A stretch of 64,000 bases of DNA, from positions 224,001 through 288,000 of the forward strand of contig CAVSHR010000009.1 of assembly GCA_963727625.1 (NCBI GenBank), in the 5' to 3' direction. A model generated the notes under the pieces. That model made no database searches, was not told the DNA's origin, and saw only the letters and a program-made list of their open reading frames with translations. This document shows positions 20,623 to 31,756 of this stretch, piece after piece (positions within the stretch are counted from its first letter, which is position 1; each line of letters opens with the position of its first letter). This DNA comes from an uncultured delta proteobacterium (GTDB lineage Bacteria > Desulfobacterota > Binatia > UBA9968). The translations under genes and the position numbers were made by a program.

Positions 20623-20977
20623 CTATCGAATCCAATTTTTAGAGTCAATCATACCGTCTTGTTGCACAAACATGCGCCAATAGACTAAGGCATCCCGGTT
20701 TGGATCCGAAGTAAAAAGCAATTGTCCCGGCCACAGCCCGCCGAAACGATCGTCGACGGCTCGGACGAGATCAGCCCCGTTACCGACGTTTGAGTTGTCT
20801 AACATATTGCTGAGATATCGCTCCAAAAACTACGTGAATCTTGTCTTTGTCGTTGACGGCAAATTCAGCGAACACGGTTTCAAAATCGCTTTTTCCACTT
20901 CCACCGCAACAGTGCGTGAAACGCGCGCGAAAGTTCTCGCAAAAGTTTTCGACGTCGGACCGGTTGGATTCACTCAT
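20623..20977 (-). pseudogene. Frameshifted paralog of hypothetical protein 22792..23214
   Basis: Two overlapping frames (FETVFAEFAVNDKDKI / NGADLVRAVDDRFGGLWPGQLLFTSDP) match FETMLAEFSTDDRDKI / NAPELVRAVDDQFGGLWSGQLLFATDP. Confidence 0.8.
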
Positions 20978-21137
20978 TACCTATATTCTCCTATGATAAA
21001 CTAACCCGCTCAATTCTGTTTGGTCGAAAAAGCTCGACTGGATTTTTTCGCCAGGTGAAGGACATTTCCCGGAAGGGGGCGCATTCGGCCTGCTTTATCG
21101 GCGTCTGTGGAACGATCGCCGCCATTGACAGACCCGA

Positions 21138-22241
21138 TTAAACGTTGAACTTGAACAGCACTACGTCCCCGTCGGCGACAGCGTATTCCTTCCCTTCCAT
21201 CCGATACAGGCCCTTGGCACGGGCGGCGGCAACCGAACCGCACTGCACCAAGTCGTCGTAGGCCACGGTCTCCGCCTTGATGAAACCGCGCTCGAAGTCG
21301 GAATGAATGACGCCGGCGGCTGCGGGCGCGCTGTCGCCCGCACGGATCGTCCAGGCGCGCACCTCCTTCTCGCCCGCGGTGAAATAGGTCCGCAAGCCGA
21401 GCAAGTGATAAGTCGCGCGGATCAGGGCACCGACGCCGCTTTCCGTTACGCCGAGATCCTTGAGAAACGCCTCGGCTTCGTTCGGTGCGAGATCGACGAG
21501 GTCGCTCTCAATCTGGGCGCTGATGACAACTGCCTCACAGGCCAGATGGCTGTGCACGTACTCGCGCACCTCGAGGACGCAGGGATTTGTGTCCGCCGTG
21601 GCCAGGTCGGACTCCTTGACGTTGCACGCAAAGATCGTCCGCTTATCCGTGAGCAAAAAAAACGGTATCGACAGGGCGCGCTCCTCTGCTGTTAGCCGCA
21701 CCGTGTGCGACGGCTTGCCGGCATCGAGAGCGGCCTCGATTTTCTTGAGGACCCTATCTTCGGCGGCGGCAGTCTTATCGCCGCGTTTGATGTCTTTGCT
21801 AACACGCTCGCGGCGTTTTTTGACCGATTCGAGATCGGCGAGCATGAGCTCGGTATTGATGACTTCGATGTCGCGCACCGGATCGACGCTGCCCGCCACG
21901 TGATGGACGTCCGCGTCTTCGAAACAGCGCACCACCTGCACGAGGGCGTCAACTTCACGGATGTGGGTGAGGAATTTATTGCCCAGGCCCTCTCCCTGGC
22001 TCGCGCCCTTCACCAGGCCCGCGATGTCCACGAACTCGATCGCCGCCGGGATGACGACGTTGCTTCTAACGATGCGCTGCAGTTCGAAGAGCCGAGCGTC
22101 CGGCACGTTGACAATGCCGAGATTGGGATCAATGGTGCAAAACGGATAGTTCGCCGCCTCGGCCTTGCGCGTGCGCGTCACGGCGTTGAACAAAGTGGAC
22201 TTGCCCACGTTGGGCAACCCGACGATTCCAGCTCTCAGCAT
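21138..22241 (-). CDS. ychF: Redox-regulated ATPase YchF
   Basis: [39 protein letters not shown] domain [13 protein letters not shown]. Confidence 0.97.
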   Translation of the reverse strand: MLRAGIVGLPNVGKSTLFNAVTRTRKAEAANYPFCTIDPNLGIVNVPDARLFELQRIVRSNVVIPAAIEFVDIAGLVKGASQGEGLGNKFLTHIREVDALVQVVRCFEDADVHHVAGSVDPVRDIEVINTELMLADLESVKKRRERVSKDIKRGDKTAAAEDRVLKKIEAALDAGKPSHTVRLTAEERALSIPFFLLTDKRTIFACNVKESDLATADTNPCVLEVREYVHSHLACEAVVISAQIESDLVDLAPNEAEAFLKDLGVTESGVGALIRATYHLLGLRTYFTAGEKEVRAWTIRAGDSAPAAAGVIHSDFERGFIKAETVAYDDLVQCGSVAAARAKGLYRMEGKEYAVADGDVVLFKFNV

Positions 22242-22791
22242 GTTCGGATGTGTCTCGCTCGTTGAATTCTAAACCCACCATGGCGTACCGACACAATCCC
22301 TCGGCCGTAGCCAGATTTCGGTCAGACGCTTGCCGCAATTAAGCCGTGCCATCGGGGTCCGGAGCAGGATAATACGGGAATAACGCGGACGGGATGACTC
22401 ACAAAAACTAACAGAGATATCGATGAAGGAGAAGCCTCACGCGATTTTTCTACTTGACGCCATCGCTCTCATCGCGTCGTAGGCTCGCGCAGGCTGCACC
22501 CGTGTTCCGCGGAGAATCTCCTTTTTCGTGCAACTTTTGGGCTTCCCTGGCGATCAACTCGACGGAGCAAAACAGAGTGCGCGTCTCCACCAGCAATGGC
22601 GGTAGCGGGCAGCGCGAAAGGGCTGCCTGCCTACGACCTGCCAATCAACTTTTCCTCTAACACCGATTCGCTCTTGGTCAGGAACCATACGAAACCTGAG
22701 AAATCACAACGAGAGGACCTTTCCAGGAATAGACGCAACAGGAGATCATCGAACGGTTCAAATAGATAGACGGGACGAATCCAAATTCAAA

Positions 22792-23214
22792 TTAAACGCC
22801 GAACCCGCCTTTGAACAGCCGGACTTTCTCGGCGTAATCTGAATCCGACAGGTTCTTGTACTCCAGGCCAATACGTATCGAGATTGTCTTGCCGTCGCCC
22901 CACGGCCACCAGGTACAAAAAATCGCCGCGTCCCGCGTCGGATCCGTGGCAAACAGCAATTGCCCCGACCATAGTCCACCGAATTGATCATCGACGGCTC
23001 GGACCAGCTCTGGAGCGTTACCGATGTTTGAGCTGTCCCACGTATGACCGAGACGAAGCTCCAGGAGTGCACGAATTTTGTCTCTATCGTCTGTCGAAAA
23101 TTCAGCCAACATGGTCTCGAACCGCCAATCCCATTTCCACGCCGATACTCCCTGAAACGCGTTCGATAGTTCTCGATAAGCAGTTTCGATGTCCGCTTGG
23201 TCTGAATCACTCAT
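22792..23214 (-). CDS. Hypothetical protein
   Basis: 140 aa ORF with WKWD.RF and WWPWGDG..ISIRIG; degraded paralog at 20623-20977 supports coding status. Confidence 0.75.
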   Translation of the reverse strand: MSDSDQADIETAYRELSNAFQGVSAWKWDWRFETMLAEFSTDDRDKIRALLELRLGHTWDSSNIGNAPELVRAVDDQFGGLWSGQLLFATDPTRDAAIFCTWWPWGDGKTISIRIGLEYKNLSDSDYAEKVRLFKGGFGV

Positions 23215-23424
23215 TATCGGTACCGTAACAATAACAATCGAAACTCACCCGCCAAACTCTGGTTTATCGAGCGACGCTCTATGGCATCACATCCGTTTAG
23301 TATGTGACAGCGCACATTCGGCCGTCCATAGAATTGTGCCAACGTCGGCTTAAAGGTAAAAGCACCGAGGCTGATCAATTCACCTCTGGCTGCGTCCGAT
23401 TTCGGTGCTTCGCCGCTGCGACTA

Positions 23425-25110
23425 TCACTGCGCTTGATAAGCGGTGCCGCGCAAGACTTTTCCGGCCATCTCGCCGCTGAGCTTGCCGTCCTCGTACACG
23501 ACTTTGCCGTTGACGATGGTCTGGCAAATGCCTTCGGAGCGCTGGATCAATCGCTTGGTGCCGGCGGGATAATCTTCGGCCCATTCCGGCGCGCAGGCTT
23601 TGATCGTCTGCGGATCGAAGATGGTCACGTCGGCGGCGAAGCCGGGGCGCAAGAGGCCGCGGCCTTCGATGCCGTAGACCGAGGCGACGTGGTAGGTGAG
23701 CTTGTGGATCGCCTGCTCCAGAGTAATCATCTGCCGGTCGCGCACCCACATGCCGAGCAGTGTCGTGCAGTAGCCGAAGTCGGCGCCGAACTGCACGTGG
23801 GCGCCGGCATCCGACGTACCGACGATCACATAGGGGCTCTTCATGATCGTGCTCATCACTTCGGGATTGAAGCCGCGGTTGGTGGTTTCGAAGGTCGTCT
23901 CCAGACCTTCTTCCAGGGAGAGATCCAAGAAGGCGTCGAGCGGGCCTTGATTGCGCAGGGACGCGACCTCGGCCACGCTCTTGCCGACGTACTGTTGATT
24001 CTCAGGCTTCACCGCCTTCTCGACGAAGACTCGTCCCCAGTTGCGGTGAAACGAGATCGCCCTCGGCGCAAAGAAATCCTCCCGCATCTTGCCGCGCGTC
24101 TCGGCGTCGGCGAAGGCCTGCTTGCGCGCCGGCTCGGGCAAGAACATCAGATTTTTCCACACCGGGAACTCGTCGAAGATCTGCGCGTCTTTCATTGTGA
24201 AATGACGCATCAATGGCACGGTGTGCGTAAGACCATAGGCCTGATAGCCGTCGCGGAAAGTTTTGGCGATACCGTCGAGCATGTTCTTCCAGAGCTCCGG
24301 CTCGCTCTCTTTGTACTGCACGCTCTGCCACACGATCGGCCGGCGCGTGCGCCGCGCCAGCTCATCGTATTGCGGAATCTGCTCGACGCAGTGGCGCCCC
24401 ATGTTCATTTGAATCACGCCGCTGTTCGCTTCGCTGACCACTTCGCAAAGTCCGAACAGCTCATCGTTGTCAGCCATGCGGCTCGGCACCGGCAATCCAT
24501 CTTCGCGCATATGGCGCTCGTTGCGGTTGGTTGAAAAACCGAAGGAACCGGCGTGCATCGCTTCGCCCACCGCTTCGCGCATTTTATCAATCTCGCCCGG
24601 GGTCGCCTTGCGCTGCACCGACTCCTCGCCCATGACAAACTGGCGCACCGCGATATGGCCGACGATGCCGCCGACGTTGATGCCGACCTTGCCTTCGAGC
24701 CTGTTCAAGTAATCACCGTAGCTCCTCCAGCCCCAGGGCACGCCCTTTTCCAGCGCCACGCGCGGGATCGCTTCGACGCGCACGAAGCTTTTAACGATGG
24801 CGTCTTCATCGCCGTTTTTCACCGGCGCCAGCGCCAGGCCGCAATTGCCCATGATGATCGATGTCACGCCATGCTGCGGTTCGCAGGTGCCGAAGGGATC
24901 CCACAGAATCTGCCCGTCCATATGGGTGTGATGATCGATGAAGCCGGGCGAAACGACCAGGCCGTCGGCGTCGATCGTTCGAGCCGCGCTACCTTTGAGC
25001 CGGCCTACGGCGACGATCTTATCGTCTTTGATACCCACATCGGCGATGAATGACGGCAAGCCCGATCCGTCGACCACCCGTCCATTCTTGATTAGCAAAT
25101 CGTAATCCAT
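23425..25110 (-). CDS. N-acyl-D-amino-acid deacylase family amidohydrolase
   Basis: PGFIDHHTHMD, GNCG, SDAGAH, RGLLRPGFAAD. Confidence 0.9.
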   Translation of the reverse strand: MDYDLLIKNGRVVDGSGLPSFIADVGIKDDKIVAVGRLKGSAARTIDADGLVVSPGFIDHHTHMDGQILWDPFGTCEPQHGVTSIIMGNCGLALAPVKNGDEDAIVKSFVRVEAIPRVALEKGVPWGWRSYGDYLNRLEGKVGINVGGIVGHIAVRQFVMGEESVQRKATPGEIDKMREAVGEAMHAGSFGFSTNRNERHMREDGLPVPSRMADNDELFGLCEVVSEANSGVIQMNMGRHCVEQIPQYDELARRTRRPIVWQSVQYKESEPELWKNMLDGIAKTFRDGYQAYGLTHTVPLMRHFTMKDAQIFDEFPVWKNLMFLPEPARKQAFADAETRGKMREDFFAPRAISFHRNWGRVFVEKAVKPENQQYVGKSVAEVASLRNQGPLDAFLDLSLEEGLETTFETTNRGFNPEVMSTIMKSPYVIVGTSDAGAHVQFGADFGYCTTLLGMWVRDRQMITLEQAIHKLTYHVASVYGIEGRGLLRPGFAADVTIFDPQTIKACAPEWAEDYPAGTKRLIQRSEGICQTIVNGKVVYEDGKLSGEMAGKVLRGTAYQAQ

Positions 25111-25186
25111 GGTCGTAACTCCGGAAGATGAGAATTCAGCTATTCTGTCTTATCATCCTACCTTTTCAATTTTTCATTTTAGCTTT

Positions 25187-26782
25187 TTACTTTTCCCCAG
25201 CATGTCCCGGTCCGTAGACGATTTTGCCCGGGCGCGCGCCGGTATGGTAGCCGTTATCGATCACCACTGCGCCATTGACCAAAACGTAAGGTATCCCTTT
25301 GGGATACTGTTTCGGATTTTCATAAGTCGCGGTGTCGGCAACCGTATCGGGATCGAAGAGCACGACATCGCCCCAATATCCCTCACGCAGCAAACCTCGA
25401 TCTTTCAAGCCCAACACTTGCGCCGGCATAGAGGTCATCTTGCGCACCGCGTCTTCGAGCGTCAGTACTTTTTCTTCGCGGGTATACTTGCCGAGCACCC
25501 GCGGATGGGTGCCGAAACTGCGCGGATGCGGCTTGCCGGGATATTTTTGATTGAGCGCGCTGCCGTCCGAGCCAATCGACACCCAGGGCACTCGCATAAC
25601 CGTCTTCACGTCGTCTTCGTTCATCGTGTGATGCACACCGTGAATAAACACGCCTTCTTCGTGGATCAGGTCGAAGCAGGTCGAGACCGGATCATCCTCG
25701 CGGATCCCGGCGATCTCCGCGATCGTCATCCCTTCAAATTTTTTCAGCTTCGCGTTATCCAAGCGCGCGGCCACGATGCCTTCCCAGCCGCCATGCTCGT
25801 CGACGTATTGATTGAATTCCTTGTCCTGGATCACGCGCTCGCGAAACGACGGATCTTTGAATCGCGCGATGGTTTCCTTTGCCGGTGCGTCTTGCACCCA
25901 GCGCGGAAACAACCGGCGCCAGGGATGCTGCATGGCGGTATAAGGGTATTGATTGGCGGTGATGTCCAAGCCCTCGCGCCGCGCCTCTTCGAGCTGCGCG
26001 ATCACTTGGCGAATCCGTCCCCAGTTCGCCTTGGCGCGCATCTTCAAATGATAAACGTGAACCGGGATCTGCGCTTCGCGCGCCACGCGCAGTGCCTTCG
26101 CCAGCTCCTCCATCATGTCGAAGCCTTCGCTGCCGACGTGCACGCCGTAGTAGCCGCCGTAGCGTTTGGCGATTTTAGCCATCTCGACGACTTCGCCGGG
26201 ATTCTCGGGACCCTTGGCGTGCCAGGCAGCGGTGAGGCCGAGCGCGCCTTCTTCCATCGCCTGGGCCACCAGACGATTCATTTTCTCCTGCTCGGCGGCA
26301 TTGACCGGGCGCTCTTCGAAACCGCAAACCACGCGCTTGACTTGCTGCGGCGACACGCCGGAGGCAACATTGATCGAGGTGCCGCCGCGCATGAGCGAAT
26401 TGAAGTAGCCGGTAAATGTCGTCCAGTCGGTTTCGATGCCGTTGCGTTTGCGATGTTCGGCCCGGTATTCCTCCAAGATTGCGCCTTCGAGCGGCGCCAC
26501 CGTTTGGCTCTCGCCAATGATGTCGAGCGTCACGCCCTGGCGCACTTTGCTTTCACCGTTGCCGTCGGCCACGAGCGGTTGATCGCTATGCGTGTGCATG
26601 TCGATGTAACCCGGGCTAACGACGTAGCCCTGCGCCGAAATCGCCCGTGTTCCCGCTTTCGGATCGATTTGACCGACGCTTGCGATTCTGCCGTTCTTGA
26701 TTCCCACGTCGCCAAAGAACCACGGATTGCCGCTGCCGTCGATCAATCGACCCCCGTGGATGACCATATCGAACTCTGCCAT
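25187..26782 (-). CDS. D-aminoacylase family amidohydrolase
   Basis: PGYIDMHTHSD, YPYTA, IGSDG, PHPRSFGT. Confidence 0.92.
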   Translation of the reverse strand: MAEFDMVIHGGRLIDGSGNPWFFGDVGIKNGRIASVGQIDPKAGTRAISAQGYVVSPGYIDMHTHSDQPLVADGNGESKVRQGVTLDIIGESQTVAPLEGAILEEYRAEHRKRNGIETDWTTFTGYFNSLMRGGTSINVASGVSPQQVKRVVCGFEERPVNAAEQEKMNRLVAQAMEEGALGLTAAWHAKGPENPGEVVEMAKIAKRYGGYYGVHVGSEGFDMMEELAKALRVAREAQIPVHVYHLKMRAKANWGRIRQVIAQLEEARREGLDITANQYPYTAMQHPWRRLFPRWVQDAPAKETIARFKDPSFRERVIQDKEFNQYVDEHGGWEGIVAARLDNAKLKKFEGMTIAEIAGIREDDPVSTCFDLIHEEGVFIHGVHHTMNEDDVKTVMRVPWVSIGSDGSALNQKYPGKPHPRSFGTHPRVLGKYTREEKVLTLEDAVRKMTSMPAQVLGLKDRGLLREGYWGDVVLFDPDTVADTATYENPKQYPKGIPYVLVNGAVVIDNGYHTGARPGKIVYGPGHAGEK

Positions 26783-26925
26783 GCTAAATTACCTTTCTAA
26801 TCGTCTTTGTGGCCTATATCACCGCCTCCGTGGCCCGACAACCTCGGCGGTGCGATTGCCGATTTCGCGCGCGCCCGCGAGACAGATCGATCTCAGCTGT
26901 GCTAATACGCTGATGAGGAGAAGCC

Positions 26926-27471
26926 ATGATCCGACCCGAGTTTAGAAAAATTCTGCTCGACCAGCGCGGAGCAGCGGTCATTCTTTGGTGTTTTTTTGTC
27001 ATCTCCATTCCGATCTACGTCGTGATCATCCGCAATGTTCTGGAAAATCCCAACCTCGGCAGCAACCGTACCTTCGCCGAGCCGGCAAGAATAATTCTCT
27101 GGCTACTGACTCTGGTCGATCTCGGCTACTACGTCTACTGGCGCAAGCGCAACCTGACCTCCGACTCGATCCTGCGCAACGCGCGCGCGACCAAGCTCTT
27201 TCGCGCCCTGCAAGAATTCAGTGGCGCCGTCGAAGAGCGCGCCGCTTACGTGGTTTCGACTTATGTCACGCGCAAGGTCGTCATCTTCGCCATCATCGAA
27301 GCGATCGCCGTCTACGGTCTCGTCCTCGCTGTCATCGGCCGATTTGTCCAGGACCAATACTGGCTCTCGGCCTTGAGCGTGGCACTGCTGGTCGTTGAAT
27401 TCCCTTCGGAAAAGTCCGTCGAAGCCTTGGTTCGGGCCGCCGAACAGCCACCGACCGAGAACGCCGGATAG
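26926..27471 (+). CDS. Hypothetical membrane protein
   Basis: About four hydrophobic segments; RBS GAGGAG. Confidence 0.7.
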   Translation: MIRPEFRKILLDQRGAAVILWCFFVISIPIYVVIIRNVLENPNLGSNRTFAEPARIILWLLTLVDLGYYVYWRKRNLTSDSILRNARATKLFRALQEFSGAVEERAAYVVSTYVTRKVVIFAIIEAIAVYGLVLAVIGRFVQDQYWLSALSVALLVVEFPSEKSVEALVRAAEQPPTENAG

Positions 27472-27492
27472 AAGACTTTCGCCCGTCCGCAC

Positions 27493-28179
27493 TCAATCTT
27501 CGACATGCCACTTGCCGCGCCTAGTCGAGTGGCGCAGCGCCGATTGCAACCGTTTCAAGAAAATTCGCCGCGGAATTTCCTTGGCGCCAAGATGGTGCAT
27601 ATGATCGGTGGTCATCTGCGAGTCGACAAAGTGAAATCCCCATTTCTTGAGTTTCTCCACAAGCACGGCCAGTGCGACTTTCGACGCCTCGGTTTTACGG
27701 TGAAACATCGACTCGCCGAAAAACGCTTTACCAAGAGAGACACCGTAAAGACCGCCGACTAATTTGCCCTCGAACCAGCTCTCTACGGAATGGGCAAAGC
27801 CTAAGCCATGCAGTCTAATATATGCTTCCTGCATCTCCGGCGTGATCCAGGTGCCGCTTTGGCCCTCGCGCGCTACTTGCGCGCACGCCGCGATCACATC
27901 CTCGAAGACGCGATCAAGAGTCACGAGGAAAATCTTTTTGCGTAGCGTCTTGCGCAAGCTCCGGGAAATTTTGAATTCGTCGAGATTGAGAACGAAGCGC
28001 GGGTCTGGCGACCACCAGAGAATGGGCTGGTCCTCCGAGTACCAGGGAAAAATGCCGACGCGGTAGGCCTCCAGCAAGCGCTCGCTGGAAAGATCGCCGC
28101 CCACCGCGATTAAACCACTCGGGTCCGCATAATCCGGCGGAGGGAACACCATGTCGTCGACAAGTCGAAATATCGGCAT
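27493..28179 (-). CDS. aat: Leucyl/phenylalanyl-tRNA--protein transferase
   Basis: [44 protein letters not shown]. Confidence 0.96.
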   Translation of the reverse strand: MPIFRLVDDMVFPPPDYADPSGLIAVGGDLSSERLLEAYRVGIFPWYSEDQPILWWSPDPRFVLNLDEFKISRSLRKTLRKKIFLVTLDRVFEDVIAACAQVAREGQSGTWITPEMQEAYIRLHGLGFAHSVESWFEGKLVGGLYGVSLGKAFFGESMFHRKTEASKVALAVLVEKLKKWGFHFVDSQMTTDHMHHLGAKEIPRRIFLKRLQSALRHSTRRGKWHVED

Positions 28180-28292
28180 CAGTAATCGATCCTTGGCGGC
28201 TATTTTAGCCCTCCGGAGAAATTATTCCCACTAATAATCGCGCTTGCAAACCGCCCGCCGAACGGCCTATCCTTTTGATGAGGGAGAAGCCG

Positions 28293-28661
28293 ATGTTCAA
28301 GCGTATCGATCACGTAGCAATCCATGTAGCCGACCTCGACCGCTCGGTGAAATTTTACGAAAGGCACTTCGGTTTTAAACATTACTTTCAACACGCCGCG
28401 GGCAACGGCGCGCAAATCGCCTATTTGAAGTTGGGCGACACCGTGCTTGAGTTGACCCATCATTCCGATGGCGCCATGGTCGGATTTCATTTCTGCCTCG
28501 AAACGGACAACTTCGACGAAACCGTCGCGCAGTTACAAAAAAATGGTGTCAAATTACTTCGCGCGCCCCATGATACAGCGGCGCGCGAGCCGCGCGAAAA
28601 AGGCTGGCACCGGGTTGTGTTCAGCGGGCCGGACGGAGAACAGATCGAACTTCGCGGGTGA
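28293..28661 (+). CDS. VOC (glyoxalase) family protein
   Basis: IDHVAIHVADL..S..FY, HFCL, GPDGEQIEL. Confidence 0.88.
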   Translation: MFKRIDHVAIHVADLDRSVKFYERHFGFKHYFQHAAGNGAQIAYLKLGDTVLELTHHSDGAMVGFHFCLETDNFDETVAQLQKNGVKLLRAPHDTAAREPREKGWHRVVFSGPDGEQIELRG

Positions 28662-28745
28662 AACAGGGTCTCCCGTTCGGAGTTTAAAGTTTAAACTCTG
28701 GACCCGAGACTCCGAAGGTTAGACGAGCACAAGGAGTCTTTTCGC

Positions 28746-29054
28746 ATGGATGACAATAAATCAAAGACGATCCGAATCACCTGTCCTTGCTGCGAGGCGA
28801 CCTTGACCATCGACCCGGCGCTGAGCGCGGTTCTCGATCACAAGCTACCGGTCAAACCGCAAATGGCCGTGCAGCTAAAGGACGCCGTAAAGCAGGTGAA
28901 GGAAGAAGCCGGCCGCCGCGACGAAAAGTACCAGAAGATCGCCGAAGCGGAAAAAAACAAATCCAAAGTTCTCGAAGCCAAGTTCCAAGAGCTATTCAAG
29001 AAGGCCAAAGAAGAGCCGATCACCAAACCCCTCAAAGACATCGACTTGGATTAG
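28746..29054 (+). CDS. Hypothetical protein with N-terminal CPCC zinc-ribbon-like motif and coiled coil
   Basis: ITCPCCEATLTID; charged helical tail; RBS AAGGAG. Confidence 0.75.
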   Translation: MDDNKSKTIRITCPCCEATLTIDPALSAVLDHKLPVKPQMAVQLKDAVKQVKEEAGRRDEKYQKIAEAEKNKSKVLEAKFQELFKKAKEEPITKPLKDIDLD

Positions 29055-29089
29055 GCTGTCGGTTTTTTCTACCCGTCGCTGCCGCCCTC

Positions 29090-29716
29090 CTATTCTTTGA
29101 AATCTGCCTCTATACAAGTCGACTCCACGTCGTAGCCGAGATAGTAATAACGGTGCCATAGTTTTTTTGTCGCACGAGCGGCACCCGTCCAGATGTTGAG
29201 ATGGATCCCTTCCATGCTCGTGCATGCTCTAAAAGCGACCGCACTACCGCCCAATCGGCCCTCGACCCGCCCTTGTCGGATCTTGAGATTCGCCTGTTTT
29301 CTGGCCATTGCAAAATAGATTTTGCCATTTTTCAATTCGCTGCCATCGACGAGGTAAGAAACGTCCGCCGCCGTGGCGCTGGCGGACTCGCATGGTTTCT
29401 TCAACGCGGTGTTCACTTTGGAATGACGAATTTCTGACGGCTGTGTCGCGTTGCCGAGCGGAGTCCACACCAGCGCGAGCTCGTCGCCGGGTTTCAGCGA
29501 ACCATCTTGGATCATCAAACAGAACTCGCCGCCCCGCCGCGCGGCGACCATCCCGACACCGCGAGCGTAATCGAACGGAGGTTGCTTGCTCGGCGCATCC
29601 GCAGCGCCAAGAACCTCTACCTGGCTTAGCGCGAGAATGATCGAACAGAGGGCTCGGACCCTTGCCCTGTTTCGGAGGACTTGATTCACGGCTGTCCCAT
29701 TATCATCGCGCTGCAC
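29090..29716 (-). CDS. Hypothetical secreted protein
   Basis: Signal-like hydrophobic stretch; C-terminal CTSMEGIHL..W...WHRYYYLGYDVE..C; start uncertain. Confidence 0.65.
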   Translation of the reverse strand: MQRDDNGTAVNQVLRNRARVRALCSIILALSQVEVLGAADAPSKQPPFDYARGVGMVAARRGGEFCLMIQDGSLKPGDELALVWTPLGNATQPSEIRHSKVNTALKKPCESASATAADVSYLVDGSELKNGKIYFAMARKQANLKIRQGRVEGRLGGSAVAFRACTSMEGIHLNIWTGAARATKKLWHRYYYLGYDVESTCIEADFKE

Positions 29717-29776
29717 GGTTGGAGCAACCGTCGGTTTGGTTTGCGAGCGAATCTTCGATAGAAAAGGTAACCGACT

Positions 29777-30775
29777 ATGCGTGCGATGCTGTTTGAAGGG
29801 ACGGGCGGAGATTTACGGCTTGCGAATGTTCCGGTTGCCAAGCCAGGCCCGGAGCAAGTTTTACTTAGCGTCAACGCCTGCGCGGTTTGCCGGACCGATC
29901 TCCATGTCGTCGACGGTGAATTGACGCAACCGAAACTGCCGCTGATTCCGGGCCACGAAATTGTCGGCACCGTCGTCGAGATCGGCGGCGCCGTTACCGG
30001 CTTCAAAATCGGTGACCGCGTTGGCGTGCCCTGGTTGGGTTGGACCTGCGGTGAGTGTGAGTTTTGTCTAAATGCTAGAGAGAATCTCTGCGACCAAGCA
30101 CAATTTACCGGCTATACGCTCGACGGCGGGTATGCGGAATATACCGTTGCTGACCATCGCTTCTGTTTTCCGATTGCCGATTCCTACAACGACGCCGAAG
30201 CGGCGCCGCTACTTTGCGCCGGCCTGATCGGCTACCGAAGTCTGGTCAAAGCCGGCAGCGGCAAACGCCTCGGCATCTACGGCTTTGGCGCCGCAGCGCA
30301 TATCGTCGCGCAAGTTGCCAAATATCAACAGCGGGAAATTTTTGCGTTTGCCCGGCCAGGCGACGAAGAAGCGAAACAATTCGCTCTGAATCTAGGCGCA
30401 GTTTGGGCCGGCGGCTCTGATAAGTTGCCGCCGGTCAAACTTGACGCCGCGATCATCTTCGCGCCCGTCGGCGCACTTGTTCCCCAGGCATTGAAAGCCG
30501 TCGGCAAAGGCGGCATCGTCGTCTGCGGCGGCATCCATATGAGCGATATCCCTTCCTTCCCCTACTCGAACCTCTGGGAAGAACGCTCGATCTGCTCCGT
30601 TGCCAACCTCACCCGCCGCGACGGCGAAGAATTCTTGGCCCTCGCCCCCAAAGTCCCAGTGCGCACGGAGATCGAAACTTACCGCTTGGAAGAGGCGAAC
30701 GAAGCTTTGAAGCGGTTGCGTGATGGAAAGATTCAGGGTGCAGCGGTGCTCGTGATGAAATCCAGTGAGTTTTAA
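29777..30775 (+). CDS. Zinc-dependent alcohol dehydrogenase family protein
   Basis: VCRTDLH, PGHEIVG, C..C..C...C, GIYGFGAAA. Confidence 0.93.
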   Translation: MRAMLFEGTGGDLRLANVPVAKPGPEQVLLSVNACAVCRTDLHVVDGELTQPKLPLIPGHEIVGTVVEIGGAVTGFKIGDRVGVPWLGWTCGECEFCLNARENLCDQAQFTGYTLDGGYAEYTVADHRFCFPIADSYNDAEAAPLLCAGLIGYRSLVKAGSGKRLGIYGFGAAAHIVAQVAKYQQREIFAFARPGDEEAKQFALNLGAVWAGGSDKLPPVKLDAAIIFAPVGALVPQALKAVGKGGIVVCGGIHMSDIPSFPYSNLWEERSICSVANLTRRDGEEFLALAPKVPVRTEIETYRLEEANEALKRLRDGKIQGAAVLVMKSSEF

Positions 30776-30814
30776 TTCGTTTGTTGACTTCGATCAGAAG
30801 CTGAGCGGCATTCG

Positions 30815-31747
30815 TCAATCCGCTGGCGTCTGCAGCGGCCGGATCACCTCTCCGGCCAGTGTACCTACTTGTTCTCGCCATCCTTCAAATGGTCCGCAAG
30901 GCCGCATAATAAACTTGGTCGCGCCGGCGGCGATGTAGGCCTGCACTTTCGACCGCACTTGCTCGGGCGTGCCGAAGGCGGTGAATTCAGGAACCGGCAG
31001 GTCGGCGCGCGGGCGGATGGAGCGCCCAGCGGTTTCATAGGCTTTGTCCGTGCTTTCCGCGAAGTAAAAGGGAATCAATACGCCGTAATGATCTTCCGGT
31101 ACTTGCCGGCCGGCTTCCGCGGCGTATGCGCGAATCGCTTTAATTCCGGCGTCGACTTCAGCGGGCGAAACGGACGAAACCAACCAGCCGTCGCCCAAGC
31201 GTCCGGTACGGCGCATCGCGGCTTGGCTTCGACCCCCGATCCAGATCGGCAGGCCGTTCTTCCGCCAAGGACGCGGCATGATCGTGACGTCTCGCACGTT
31301 GAAAAATTTTCCCTCGAAGCTGACGTTGTCTTCCGTCCATAAGCGGCGCATCAGCGCGATCGCCTCATCAGTGCGCGCGGCACGCTCCTTTTTATCCACG
31401 CCCACCGCGAGCAAGTCTTTCGAATCCTCACCGCCCAGGCCGATGGCAGGAAAGAGCCGGCCCTGCGAGAGAAAATCCAGCGTGGCGAGTTCTTTGGCTA
31501 GAATGATGGGATTGCGCGCCGGCAGCACCAACGTGCTGGTGCCGAGCTTCATCTTGCCCAGGCGGCCGGCAACGTAGGAAAGAAACGCGATTGGCTCGAT
31601 AATCAGCCCGCTGGAAACCAGCCGGTCGCTCGCCCAGATCGAATCGACGTCAAGCGCCTCAAAATAATCGAGCAGATCGAAGATTGCGCCAGGCTGAATA
31701 TTTTTATCCGGCCATTGCCCGATCGCGATACCGATCCGGACTTTCAT
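30815..31747 (-). CDS. LLM-class flavin/F420-dependent oxidoreductase
   Basis: LAKELATLDFLSQGR, PIWIGG.S.AA.RR.GRLGDGW. Confidence 0.9.
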   Translation of the reverse strand: MKVRIGIAIGQWPDKNIQPGAIFDLLDYFEALDVDSIWASDRLVSSGLIIEPIAFLSYVAGRLGKMKLGTSTLVLPARNPIILAKELATLDFLSQGRLFPAIGLGGEDSKDLLAVGVDKKERAARTDEAIALMRRLWTEDNVSFEGKFFNVRDVTIMPRPWRKNGLPIWIGGRSQAAMRRTGRLGDGWLVSSVSPAEVDAGIKAIRAYAAEAGRQVPEDHYGVLIPFYFAESTDKAYETAGRSIRPRADLPVPEFTAFGTPEQVRSKVQAYIAAGATKFIMRPCGPFEGWREQVGTLAGEVIRPLQTPAD

Positions 31748-31756
31748 AGAAGCGAT

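Noticed and set aside
22335-22352. Possible minus-strand sigma-54 promoter (TGGCAC...TTGC) upstream of ychF
   Set aside because: The spacing is N7 rather than the required N5.
25109-26800. 563-aa plus-strand ORF, and similar long antisense ORFs (14735..16093, 23434..24534, 41893..42834)
   Set aside because: These are exact antisense shadows of well-supported genes, expected from GC-rich codon bias, and show no motifs.
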